In this document: positions 48,771 through 59,843 of the stretch, piece by piece
How the letters are laid out: each line of letters starts with the position of its first letter
Position numbering within the stretch: the stretch's first letter is position 1
Origin: an uncultured Phycisphaerales bacterium
Lineage (GTDB): Bacteria; Planctomycetota; Phycisphaerae; Tepidisphaerales; Tepidisphaeraceae
NCBI GenBank assembly: GCA_963730225.1
Contig: CAVSQX010000001.1
Location: forward strand, 997,805 to 1,061,804
Direction: 5' to 3'
Length of the DNA: 64,000 bases
The notes under the pieces: generated by a model
What the model saw: only the letters and a program-made list of their open reading frames with translations
What the model was told of the DNA's origin: nothing
The model's database searches: none
Made by a program: the position numbers and the translations under genes

Positions 48771-51700
48771 AGCTGCTGAGCAGAACTCCCCCGGAACCGT
48801 TGCTGTTCAACTCGACGCCCAGAGCCGTATTCGACAAGGCGGCCGCCGAGGATGACGTAATGCCCGCCGTTCCGTGCCAATTACCCCCATTGTATCCCTG
48901 GGCAATCTGGCTGGTGATTGCCGTGGCGTTGCCGTTGTGCACGACTAAATCGTTGCCGCTCAGGTCCATCAATCCCGAATTGCTCAGCGACCCCGTGATC
49001 AGCACCGTGCGATTGGCCGAGGCCGACGGTGCCGCGATCGAAAGGGTGGCCGGCGTGGCGCCGATCGCAAGCGAGCTCCAGGTGCGAGCGAGAATCCCGC
49101 TACCGGGATTGGCGCCGACTTTGATCGTGCCGTCGTCCGTGACATTCGGCGTGTTGGTGAGCAGGCCGTTAATGTTGCCCGTCGCGCCGGAGGCGACGTT
49201 GAAGTTGGCGCTGGCGATCGTGCCGCTCGCAGCCAAGGTCAGCACGCCATCGTTGACGTTGGTGTTTCCGCCGTAGGTGTTGATGGCCGTCAACGTTACC
49301 GTTCCAGCGCCGTTTTGATTGACCACCCCGCCACCGCCGATCGCGTTGGCGACCATCAAGCCTGCATCGCCGCGGTTGAAATTCAGCGTATCATTATCGG
49401 TGACCGGCCCGGTGCCCAGCGTTCCGCCGCTCCCGCCGTCGCCAATTTGCAATATCCCGGCGGTGATCGTCGTGCCGCCGCTGTAGGTGTTGGCTCCGGA
49501 GAGAATCACCGGCTCCTGCGCAGCTGGAGCGGTCGGGGCGTTAACCTTCACCAGCGCGATATTGCCGGTGATCGCGCCGGTGAAATCGGAAGCGGTTGGC
49601 CCGACGCCGTTGCCGGTGCCCAGCGAGAGCGTGGAAGTTATGCCGGTCTGTGAATTGATAAGCGTTCCCGACCCGGTCAGCTTGTCGAACCCCTCGCTTT
49701 GGCCGTTCATGTCGAAGGTGCCGTTCATGTTGAAGACGCCGAAATCCGTCGTCCCGGTGACAAAGCCGTCATAAATCTGATCGCCGCCGGTGCCGGCCAA
49801 TTGCAGGACCGCGCCGGGGCTGACACCGGTGACCGTCGAGGCGGCGTGAGCGGTGCCGCTGCTGGTCTTGCCGAGGACCAGCGTGCCGGACGTGACAGCC
49901 ACCTCGACATTGGTGTTGTCCGTCGTTCCCGTCAGCAGAATCACGCCGGTGCCGTTCCCGTTGGCAGTGAGAATGTGGCCCGCTCCGGGCGCCGGCGCCG
50001 CGCCGTCAACCTGAAGTTCCAGAGTCGAGTCGGCGGCGGCGACGATGTTGGAATTCCCGACCAGCGTGAACGTGCCGGTGGCCGGTGAGACGGCTGCGTT
50101 TCCGGTTTTCAGCACAGCGCTGGAATTGGGCAGATTATTTTCCAGTGTGCCTGCGCCCGTGGCGTCTCCGAGACTGAGATTGAAGATCGTTTCGCTTTGC
50201 CCGTTGAGATCAAAAACTCCACCGTCGTTGATCGTGACACCGCCGGCCAAATCATAAATCTGATCCCCGCCGCTGCCCGTGATCTGGGCGGTGCCGCCGT
50301 TGTTGATGACCAATCCGCCACCGCCGACGGCGTGCGCGGCGCTGCTGGAAGTCTTGTTCAGCAAAACGGTGCCCTGGTTCACCGTAACGCCCAGACTCGC
50401 ATCGTCCGCCGTGCCGGAGATGATCAGGGTGCCAAGCCCCGTCTTGACGATGCCCGCTCCATCACTGCTGCGCGAAACCGCGCCGGTGAACTCCACGTCG
50501 CCGGCCAGCCCATCGGGCAGCAGGCCCGCAACGGCAGCGACGTTGTACGTGACGGTATTGCCGGCCAGCGTTTGGGTGCCGCTGAGAATCAACTTGCCAA
50601 CATTCTGCACCGTGGTGGCCGCGCTGGCGGTGATCGCATTGGGAATGGTCGTCGCCGACGCATAATTCAGCGTGAGCGTGCCCCCGCCCAGAGTCAGCGT
50701 CCCGCCGAATCCGGAAATGTCGCTGCTCAACACGACCAGCGAGCTTGCTCCGCTGATGCCGAAGCTGCCGCTGCCGGAAAGCGCCCCGGTGATCGACAGC
50801 GTGTCTCCGTCGGTCGACGCAAAACTCACGGCCTCTCCGGGATTGGACATCGGCGTGCTCAGCCCGATCGATTGATTCGCCGCTCCGCCGGCAGGCACGG
50901 ATTGGAACGCAGTGACGGTGGAGTTGTTCAGAATCGTAATCGGATTGGTAAACGTGTAGCTGGCCGAAGCGCTCAGGCCCATGTTGCCGCCGTCGAGCAG
51001 GATCGTCGCGCCTCCCAGGCTGCTGTTGACGCCGTCGCTCTCGCCGGCCAGTGTGCCGTTTTGAATATCGTACGACGTGCCCGCCGTCGCGCCGGAAATC
51101 GTGTTGCCCAGCGTCCACGTGCCCGTGCCAAGCATCACGACATTTCCGCTTCCGCTCAGTGAGTTGGTCAGTACGCCGTCGCCCGCGCCGCCGAGGGTGA
51201 GCGTGGAAGTACCGTTGGTGATCGTGCTGCTGACGGTGAGAAGTTGTCCGGCCGTCGCGTTGGAAATTCCGCCACCGCCGGCCGCCAGGGTGAGACCGCG
51301 CGTGAGCGCGGCACTGTTCCCGGTGTATTGCAGTGTGCCGGAATCCACCGTCGCATCACCCAGCGTGATGTTGTTCGAGCTGGTGCCCAGTGGCTGGGCC
51401 GTGCCCGACGCCGCCAGCGCCGAAACGCTGAGCGTGCCGTTGGGGACCGCAACGTTGCCGCTGTAGGTGTTGGCTCCGCTGAGGAAAAGCGTCCCGCCGC
51501 CGGCGACTGTCAGACTTCCGCCGCCGCCGGTGATGGTTCCGCCGAAGCTGCCGGAGCCGACCGTCAGCGCGGTCGGTCCATTCAAGTGCACCGTTCCGCT
51601 GCTGCCGCCCAGGGACGCGATGGTTTGGCTGGCATTGCTGAATGTCGCCGCTCCGTTCACCGTCAGCGCATCGCCGCCGCCCAGCGCCGGCCACATTCAG

Positions 51701-54700
51701 CGAACCGGCCAGGCCGACGTTGATCACGCCGCCGTCGAATGTGCTCGCCGCCCCGACAGAAATCGACCCGGCGTTGATCGTGGTCTTGGCAGAAGTAACG
51801 CTGGTGTTGAACGTCACCGATGCAAGTTGATTCTTGACGATGCCCGCGCCGGCCGTGACGGTGATCGGACTGCCGCTAAAAACGTAACTCAGCGAGTTGT
51901 TGTTGAAGACAATCGAGTTGGGCGACATGCCCGGCGATTGAACCGCGACCGTGCCGGTGGAGGCGCTGTCGTCGAAAATAACATTCGCGCCCGTCGAGAA
52001 AACGTTCCCCGCCCCCGCCGACGTCCAGTTGGGAGTGTTGGTGTCCCAGAACGTGGGATTGGTGGCATCATTGCCCACCCAGGTGAGCGTCGGATTCCCC
52101 TGCAAAACCTCCAGAACATACGCGTTGCTAGCGAAGGATGGATAATTCGCATCGCCCGGCTTGAGCACGGCGTAGTTGTAACTGGTGCTGCCGTTGATGC
52201 TCCAGTTAAACGTGCTGCTGCCCGGGAATACGCCGCCGCTGGCATCAATCAAATCGTAGAAGGCCGTGTTGCTGCCGCCGCCGTTGCCGAAGCCGGGAAG
52301 CGCGGTGATGTTGAGCGTGATCGTTCCGCTGGAGGGAACCGCCAGCGTTCCATACTCCTGAACCAGGTCGCCCGTGCCAAACGATCCCACGGCCGATGCC
52401 CCGAAGTTGTAATCGAGCGTCGCTCCGGCGTTGAGCGTCAGGTTGCCGTTGAGGGTCAAAGTGTTGGTGGTTGTCGGCGACATGGCCGGATCGAGATGCC
52501 CCGATGAACTAACCGTAACCGGCCCGTAGATCGTTCCGTTTCCGCCCAGAGCCGCCGCCGCCGAGCCGTTGCCCACCGTAACCGGCGTCGTCGATAAGCT
52601 GGCCGAACCTGTGGTCGATGTTCCGTTGCCCACCAGCAGCGTGCCGCCGTTGATAGCGGTCGCGCCGGTGTAATCGTTGAAGCCGCTAAGGTTCAGCGTT
52701 CCGGTTCCCACCTTGGTCAGCGAGACATTCGTTGCCGACGTACCGTGATCGCCGTTGGTGTGGCTGGCCGCCCCAACCGAGAAGGTCTGGCTCTGAGCGC
52801 CCAGGTCGCCGGAGTACGTTGTGGAGAGATTATTCTGCCCGACGGTCAGCGCCGCCGCCGTCGTTCCGACATTGATGATATATCCATTGCCCGACAGCGA
52901 GCCGAATGTTTCGGAATGCCCCGACAGGTTCAACAGGCCGATGCTGCTGTTGGAATTGGGGATGCTTGTCACCGTGACAGCCGACGTGTTGGGCACCTGG
53001 TTGTTGGCGTTGAAGAAAATCACGCTGCCGATCGCGTTGCCGTACCCGTTGGAAGGCATCGTCTCGAACGTCGTGGGGCCCGAATACGTGTTTGCGCCGC
53101 TGGTGGTGTTGATCTCAATCGCATTGGCCAGCGGAGCGGGACTAGCGCCGGCATTATTGATGAACGGCTCCGAAAAATACGTCATCGCGCCGCTGCCGGC
53201 GATCTGGTAGGGCTGAAGAATCGTCGTGTTTCCGCCGTTGTATGCGATCGTCCCGCCCTGAGGCCCGACCATCACGCCTCGCTGTGAACTGAACGTGAAG
53301 GTCCGCGTCATCAACAGCGTCCCGCCATTCAACACCAGGCTGTTGGGCGTGTTGGTGGCCGGAACCGCTCCCAAGCCCGAATCGTTGCCGATGATGAGCG
53401 TTCCGCCGTTGATGGTCGTGTTCCCGGTGTACGTGTTGGCCGGGAACGAACCGGCGGTGTACGTGCCTTGCCAGTTTCCGTTGCTCAGATCCAGAATTCC
53501 CGATCCGTCTTTAGTCAGGCCGATGCTTCCGAAAATCTGCGCGTTGATGCGAAGATTGCTCGCGGTTGTCACGATCAAATCCGGCCCGCTCGACGTGATT
53601 TTTCCAAGCTGGCCAACGGTCGTGCTGGCGGCGGTTTTGTTATCGCCGTCGCTGTTGAACGTGGTGTTCACAATTCCGTTGCCCAGGACCAGGGCATTGG
53701 GAATGCTCGGTGTGTTGTACGAGGCCAGCGTCTGAGTTCCCGCATTGGCGATAATTCCGCCCGAGCCGATCACCAGTGTGTTGGTCGTCGTGGAAAGCGA
53801 AATATTTCCCGTACCGGTCAGATAAAGCGAGTTGATCGTCGTCGAGGCCGCCGTCAAAGTGACCGTCCCGGCGCTTCCATCCACCTTGGTGTTATTGCCC
53901 GGCGCAGTAAAGTCGTTCAGATTGTACGTGGCCAGCGGCGCGATTTGGCCGCCGCTGACGGTGGCGAAATCCAGCGTGTTCGGCGAAGCGCTGCTGTTGG
54001 GGTTTCCCACCGTGGCCCAGCCGCCGATGATGCCGCTGCTCAGCGTCACATTCGGCACGTTGAACGTTCCCGTGCTGGAGAAATTGACCGCCGCCCCGCT
54101 GCTGCGGGCAAAACTGGCCAGCGACGCCGAACCCAGCGTCAGCGCCGCGCCGGCATCGGCGTTCACATTGGTCAGCCCCGTTGTCAGCGTCAGCGTGCCG
54201 ACCGTTTCGCTCGCCGTTGATCCCATCAGGTAAACCGTGCCGCCGCGCGAGCTGATGCCGACGCTGTCGCCGATGCGGTTTGTGTTGTTGCCCGAAGTGT
54301 TGTCGATCTCCAGTACCGTGCCGCCGTCCAGCGAAATCCCCGAGGTGTTCAAACTCCCGCTGCTTCCCGACAGATCCAGCGTGGTGCCGTTGCCCGAAAG
54401 GCTGGTGCTTCCCGAGTAACTGTTAGCGCCGGACAAAATAAAAGTCTCCGAGCCCGCCAGCGTCAGATTGATTCCGCTTCCCCCGACCGCTCCGCTAACC
54501 GTTACCGCGCTGGAAGTGTTGTTCGTCCACGTCTGATTTGCCCCCAGTGTCACCGCCGTCGAAATCAAATTGCTTGCCGAAGCATTATTGGTCAGCCCAC
54601 CCGCTCCGATCGTCAGCGTATTGCCGCCGCCGATGGTAACTCCGCTCGTATCATCCTGCGTAAAGCTCAGACTGTTGATGCTGAAGTCTTGCCCCAGCGT

Positions 54701-55075
54701 GGTATTGAGATTGACTGCGCCGGGAAGATTGAAATAAACATCGTCTCCGCTTCCGGGCAGGGCGTTGGAATCGTTATCGAAATCGTCGGAGGAAGACCAG
54801 TTCACATTGGCCGGCCCGCCGGTGGTGTTCCAAACCGTGTCGTGATCCCCGGTCCAGAAAAATGATGCCGCTGCCGCCGAGCCCGCCATCGCCCCACTGG
54901 CCGACAACGCTGCCGCCAGCAGAGCCGTTCCCGACCACTGCTTTCCGCCATGCCGATGATGCCGCGCGTAGCCGATTCTCCGCCGAATCATGGAACCCTC
55001 CATCTGGAAATGAAACCTGCCGCACTCCAGCAATCGCTCAGACCTGTCCACGGTACAACGTAGATCGCCCTCCAC
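48403..55075 (-). CDS. Giant (about 2,200 aa) cell-surface protein with PATR (autotransporter-associated beta-strand) repeats, a C-terminal dockerin pair and PEP-CTERM anchor; split by an apparent frameshift near 51690-51720
   Basis: N-terminal part 51356..55075 has a signal peptide (MIRRRIGYARHHRHGGKQWSGTALLAAALSASGAMA; likely start about 54991) and repeats of LTLSGANSYSGSTSLSG type. C-terminal part 48403..51696 continues the same repeats (GGTLFLSGANTYSGNVAVPNGTLSV...) in another frame. The upstream tail after ...SLNVAGAG is Arg-rich junk. Confidence 0.8.
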
Positions 55076-55081
55076 GGCGCA

Positions 55082-55121
55082 GCCACGTTGTTTTGCGCCA
55101 AATGTTCTCTGTTTTACGACA
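55082..55121. promoter_or_regulatory. About 39-bp conserved element (copy A), ccacgtTGttttgcgccaaaTGttctctgttttAcgacag
   Basis: The reverse complement matches 56318..56356 at about 35 of 39 positions. It lies upstream of the giant surface-protein gene and downstream of xylR. Confidence 0.55.
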
Positions 55122-55151
55122 GATTATTCAAAGGCGAGTAACCGCAAGATT

Positions 55152-56294
55152 CTAAGATTTGAGATCTCGCCCGCCGATGCGAGCCCGCCGGCGGTATTCG
55201 GTCGGTGGATGGCCCAACTGCTTCTGAAAAACAATCCCCAGCCGCGTCGCCGTCGTGAACCCGCAGGCGCCGGCGATCTGCGGCATCGAAAGATCGGTCG
55301 AAATCAAGAGCTGCTTGGCCCGCTCAATGTGCGCCTGCCGAATCGCCGCCGAAACCGAATGTCCCACCGCCAATCGAAATCGCCGCTCCAGCGATCGCCG
55401 CGATACCGGCACATGCTCCACAACATCATCGACCTGAAGCGGACGATTGCTGTGATCGCGAATAAATCGCAGCGCCATCGCCACCTCCTGGTCGGCGACG
55501 TTCAGAACATCCGTCGATTCCCGTGCCACGATCCGCACCGGCGGCAGACGGATCGGCTCCGACGGCGGCGTCTCCTCGTTCAACATCCGATCCAACATCG
55601 CCGCCGCCTCGAATCCAACTTGCTCGGTCGGAATGGCGATGCTCGAAAGCGACGGCGTCACCAGCGTGTTGAAAAGCTCGTCGTCATCGACGCCGATCAC
55701 CGCCAATTCATCCGGAATTCGCACCCCGTGCCGCCGGGCGGCGTTGAGTGCGCGATGGGCCCAGTCGTCGTTGCATCCCATCAGCCCCGCCGGCTTGGGA
55801 AGATTCGCCAGCCACGAACCAATGTCCTGCTTCTCATCGGCGACATATTCATGCACCGACGCGCCTCCATCCGATGCGCGGCGGGCAAATGCCTCCAATC
55901 GAATCCGGCCAAACTCCGTGTTGCCCGCCCACGAAAAGGCGAGATTGCGAAACCCCAGCGACAGCAGATATTCCGCGCCCATGCGTCCGATCGCCGCATC
56001 GTCGGGAATCACCGTCGGCAGACGAAACGCATGATTGCAGAAGTTGGAAACATTCGCCGCCGGCAGCCCCCGGGCCAGCACCGCATCCTCAAACTCCCGG
56101 CTGAATGTCTGAACGATCATCCCATCCACATCCCACTCGTGAATCCCCGGATGCGTGCCGAACGACCAGAGCGGCTCGACCGCGATCATCCAATGTGGAT
56201 TTGCCCGGCAGAACGCCATCACCCCGCGGATCACCCCCCGGCCATACGAGGCCACCGCGTCAATCGCCAGACCAATTCGACGGGTTTCGTACAT
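55152..56294 (-). CDS. xylR: XylR-type transcriptional regulator (AraC family with an N-terminal periplasmic-binding-protein-like sugar-binding domain)
   Basis: The N-terminal about 270 aa are LacI/PBP-like, with IGVDDDELFNTLVTPSLSSIAIP. The C-terminus is an AraC-type HTH (RRSLERRFRLAVGHSVSAAIRQAHIERAKQLLISTDLSMPQIAGACGF...FQKQLGHPPTEYRR). This architecture matches E. coli XylR. Confidence 0.8.
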   Translation of the reverse strand: MYETRRIGLAIDAVASYGRGVIRGVMAFCRANPHWMIAVEPLWSFGTHPGIHEWDVDGMIVQTFSREFEDAVLARGLPAANVSNFCNHAFRLPTVIPDDAAIGRMGAEYLLSLGFRNLAFSWAGNTEFGRIRLEAFARRASDGGASVHEYVADEKQDIGSWLANLPKPAGLMGCNDDWAHRALNAARRHGVRIPDELAVIGVDDDELFNTLVTPSLSSIAIPTEQVGFEAAAMLDRMLNEETPPSEPIRLPPVRIVARESTDVLNVADQEVAMALRFIRDHSNRPLQVDDVVEHVPVSRRSLERRFRLAVGHSVSAAIRQAHIERAKQLLISTDLSMPQIAGACGFTTATRLGIVFQKQLGHPPTEYRRRARIGGRDLKS

Positions 56295-56317
56295 GATTTG
56301 TTAGCATAACACATTCG

Positions 56318-56356
56318 TGTCGCAAAACAGAGAAGTTTTGGCGCAAAATGACGTGG
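56318..56356. promoter_or_regulatory. About 39-bp conserved element (copy B), tgtcgcaaaacagagaagttttggcgcaaaatgacgtgg
   Basis: Inverted copy of 55082..55121. It lies in the divergent region between xylR and the DUF1559-GH5 operon, about 45 bp upstream of the DUF1559 start. Confidence 0.55.
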
Positions 56357-56396
56357 CATACTGGTTGGTCGACCGCGAAAATCCAGTTCCTGTCGC

Positions 56397-57398
56397 ATGG
56401 AGCGAAAAATGGAATCGAGGGCCGCACGCCCGAATAGGTCATTCAGCGTCTGCTCCCGTCTCGCCGGCTTTACGCTGGTTGAGCTGCTGGTGGTCATCGG
56501 CATCATCGCGCTGCTGATTGCCATCTTGCTGCCAGCGCTCCAGAAAGCCAAGCAACAGGCGAATCTGGTGACATGCCAAACGCATTTGCGGCAGATCGGG
56601 CAACTCATTCAACTCTATGCCAGCGAGAACAAGGGATATCTGCCTGTCGGTGGTAACCACGCCATTGCGCAGAATCTGCAATACGACTGGAGTACAACGC
56701 TGTTCGCGCTGATGAACAGCAAGGTTGGAAACACTCTGCTGTTGCAAACCAGCAATACAACCGCTCTGCCTTACGATCGCAGTATCTTCATGGACGTCGA
56801 CACGGATTTTGGATGGGGTGGTTTGCAGTATTCTTGTCACCCGCGATTGATGACCGAATTAACACAATATACTCCCGATTATCCAGATCTCTCCGCAAGC
56901 TCGACCGGCGTGCCCGAATACCGGATGTCGCAAATTAAGCGAAACGCCGAAATTATTTTAATTTTCGATGGCTCGTTGATCGCTTCCAACGCGACGGATT
57001 ATGCCGGTAATTCGCACGCCAGCCTGACCTACTGGTGTGTTCAACCGGTGGCGACAATGATGGATTCAAACCGCGTTGCCCAGACGCCAGCAGTGGCAGG
57101 GGAGCAGGGAACCGGACTTTGGGTAACCCGTTACATACAGCTCTACCATGATCTGAGCAAATCCATCGATGGTGGTACCAATAAGGACTTCATCAACTCT
57201 GGTTCGTTTCCTACCTCCGGGCAATTGACGACGGCTTCGAACAACATATCCAACATTCGTTGGCGGCACATGAACAACACCGTCGCCAACTTCCTCTTCT
57301 GCGATGGGCATGTGGAGGCGAAGCATTACCTGGGCACGCGCAACGGCACCCCCGACGTGTGCGAAATTCAGGAACGTAACATCTGCCTCGATCAGTGA
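56397..57398 (+). CDS. DUF1559 domain protein (prepilin-type N-terminal motif), second copy
   Basis: Prepilin motif [33 protein letters not shown]. The stop overlaps the GH5 start (ATGA 57395-57398). An alternative start lies at 56409. Confidence 0.85.
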   Translation: MERKMESRAARPNRSFSVCSRLAGFTLVELLVVIGIIALLIAILLPALQKAKQQANLVTCQTHLRQIGQLIQLYASENKGYLPVGGNHAIAQNLQYDWSTTLFALMNSKVGNTLLLQTSNTTALPYDRSIFMDVDTDFGWGGLQYSCHPRLMTELTQYTPDYPDLSASSTGVPEYRMSQIKRNAEIILIFDGSLIASNATDYAGNSHASLTYWCVQPVATMMDSNRVAQTPAVAGEQGTGLWVTRYIQLYHDLSKSIDGGTNKDFINSGSFPTSGQLTTASNNISNIRWRHMNNTVANFLFCDGHVEAKHYLGTRNGTPDVCEIQERNICLDQ

Positions 57399-59721
57399 TA
57401 TGCTTTCGTCTGATGCGCCTCGCGCTGCTTTGTGCCACCCTGATTGCCTTCTCCGCCACCGAGGCGAATGCTCGGCTTCCCTTTCTTCGCCAGGACAAAA
57501 CTCGCCTTGTCGATCCCGCCGGTGCACCGGTTTTGCTCAAGGGCTGCAACATCGGCAATTGGTTTCTTCTCGAACCCTGGATGTTCGGCGGACGACTCGA
57601 GGCCCGCGATCAAACTGACATCTTCACCACCCTCCATCGCCGCTTCGGCGACCAGAAGGCCGATCAACTCATCCAGCTTTACCGCGACAGTTGGATCACG
57701 CCGCGCAATTTTGAGTTGATCAAATCCTTCGGCTTCAACGTCATCCGTCTGCCCATGCACTGGTCCCTGCTCCAGCAAGATCAGCCCCCATATCAAATCA
57801 AACCCGATGGCTTGCTGATGCTCGATCACGCCCTGGCGATGGCCGAAAATGCCGGCGTTTACGTCATTCTCGATCTGCACGGCGCGCCCGGCGGCCAGAG
57901 CACCGACATGCCCACCGGCCTGGTGAATCAGAATCATCTCTGGACCGACCAAACCGACCAGCGCCGCACCGCCGAAATCTGGGCCGCGCTCGCCCAGCGC
58001 TATCACGACCGTTCCGTCGTCGCCGGCTACGACCTGCTCAACGAGCCATACGGCAATTTTCATCAGAACCTTCACAGCGAGCTTCGCAGCCTCATGACGC
58101 GCTTGTACTCCGCCATCCGCTTAGCCGACGATCGCCACGTCGTCTTCTTCCCCGGCGGTTTGGACAAGGGAATCGAATTCTATGGCGATCCCCACGCCAA
58201 CGGCTGGCACGACGTCGGCTTCACCGAACATTTCTACGCCGGCCTTTTCGGCAACAAGCCGGCCGTCGAAAGCCACGCTCGAATTCTCAACCAGGTTTGG
58301 CCCGCCGACGCCGATTATCTCGATCGCATCGCCTCTCCCTACTACGTCGGCGAATTCAACGTCGTCCTTTCCGCCTGCGGCGGGCCCACGATGATGCGGG
58401 AATATTACGATCGCCTCGCCCAAAATGGCTGGACCGGCACCCTCTGGAGCTACAAACTTCTCAGCGCCTCCGGTGGCGTGGGCGAGGACAGTTGGGCCAT
58501 GGTCTCCAACGCCACACCGTTGCCGCGGCTCGATCTGCAAAACAGCTCCTGCGAAAATTTCGAACATTTCTTCTCAAATCTGGCGACCATAGAACTTGCA
58601 ATCAACCAACCCCTTCGCGCCGCGCTCACCGCCCCCGTCGCCGCGCCGCTCCTGCTCACGCAATATCCCCATCCCCCGACCACGCTGCCCTCCGCCACTG
58701 ACTCGACCCCGACTGGCTGGACTTCCACCGACGTCGGCGGCGCCGCGCCGGCAGAACCATCGCCGACGGACCGGGCATGTTGATCCTCTATGCCGGCGGC
58801 ACCGACATCTTCGCCGAACACGATTCGTTCCGTTTCGTCTCCCAACCGCAGCAGATGCGATGCGATCTGCGAGCCCAGGTCGTTTCGCTTTTGGACAGCC
58901 ATATCTACGCCAAGGCCGGGCTCATGGCCCGCTGGGGCGATTCATCCGATGCCCCGTTTGCCATGGTCAACGCCTTCCCCGATGGTTCGATTGCGCTGTG
59001 CAGCCGAAGCGCCGCCGGTCAAGCGGCAACCGAGACACGAGTCTCTGCACCGTTGGATTGGCCCATTCAACTCCGCCTGGCCGTCGACGCCGCCAAGGCC
59101 ACCGGTTTTTATCGTCCACCCGGCCAGGATTGGAAGCCGATCGGTGTCGTCCCCGTGCCCGCTCAACCCAGTTTTCGCGCCGGTCTGGCCGCAACCGCTC
59201 ACGATGCCAATCACTTTACCGTCGCCCGATTTCACCTTGGCGATGATTCCATCGCCACCTCGCCAGTGGCCAGCCCGTCGGCGAATCTGCATGAGCTTCC
59301 GGCATCCTGGAATCGCTGGGGAAATGGATGGTCGCTGGAGACCGGCGGCTCAGACATGATCTATCACCATCCAGGCACGGCCGACGGTTCGGGCCTGTGG
59401 CAGGATGTGGCCGTCGAAGCCGGCAAGCAGTACATCTTCTCCGTCGCCGCCAGCCGAAATCAGACGAGCTTCACTCGCGGATCGACCAACATTCAGCTTC
59501 GCCTGGAATCGCCGCGGGCCGCTGGCAACTGGACGCTGAACTTCGCGGACTATCGTGCCGGCCAGCTCTCCGACGCGCCCGGCGGAACTCGACTCCACGT
59601 CGCCGCCAGCGCGCCGACTGGCCGATTGCGTGTCCTGATCACCATCACGTCCGACGCTCGCGGCGCTGCCGACGATCGCCTGCGCCTGTTCGGGGCTTCG
59701 CTGAAGCGCGCCGACGATTAG
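57395..59721 (+). CDS. Glycoside hydrolase family 5 enzyme with a C-terminal beta-sandwich/CBM-like extension; apparent frameshift near 58750-58776
   Basis: Signal peptide [28 protein letters not shown]5 blocks LLNEPYG (acid/base glutamate) and YVGEFN (nucleophile glutamate). The track's ORF stops at 58783, but frame +1 continues from [31 protein letters not shown] for 314 aa (ORF 58777..59721). Confidence 0.8.
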
Positions 59722-59797
59722 CCCAGCAACTCGGGCCAACCCATTCCTTTCACGAGGCCGTTGAAAACGATCGTGCGCGGCAGGCTGGTCGAAATGA

Positions 59798-59833
59798 TTT
59801 TCAGTAGATACACTGTTTTCAGTATCTACTGAA
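59798..59833. promoter_or_regulatory. AT-rich operator-like palindrome TTTTCAGTAGATAC-N8-TCAGTATCTACTGAA
   Basis: 12-bp perfect inverted arms TTCAGTAGATAC / GTATCTACTGAA with a 10-bp spacer, plus a direct repeat TTTTCAGTA x2. It ends 10 bp upstream of the MarR/GbsR gene start. Confidence 0.55.
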
Positions 59834-59843
59834 AGGCCGTCCG

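Noticed and set aside
50197-52507. Plus-strand ORFs of 321 aa and 346 aa
   Set aside because: Antisense to the giant PATR-repeat gene. Arg/Ala-rich repeats mirror the sense-strand Gly/Thr/Ser repeats.
55209-56309. 366-aa plus-strand ORF
   Set aside because: Antisense to the XylR-type regulator.
57392-58075. 227-aa minus-strand ORF
   Set aside because: Antisense to the GH5 gene.
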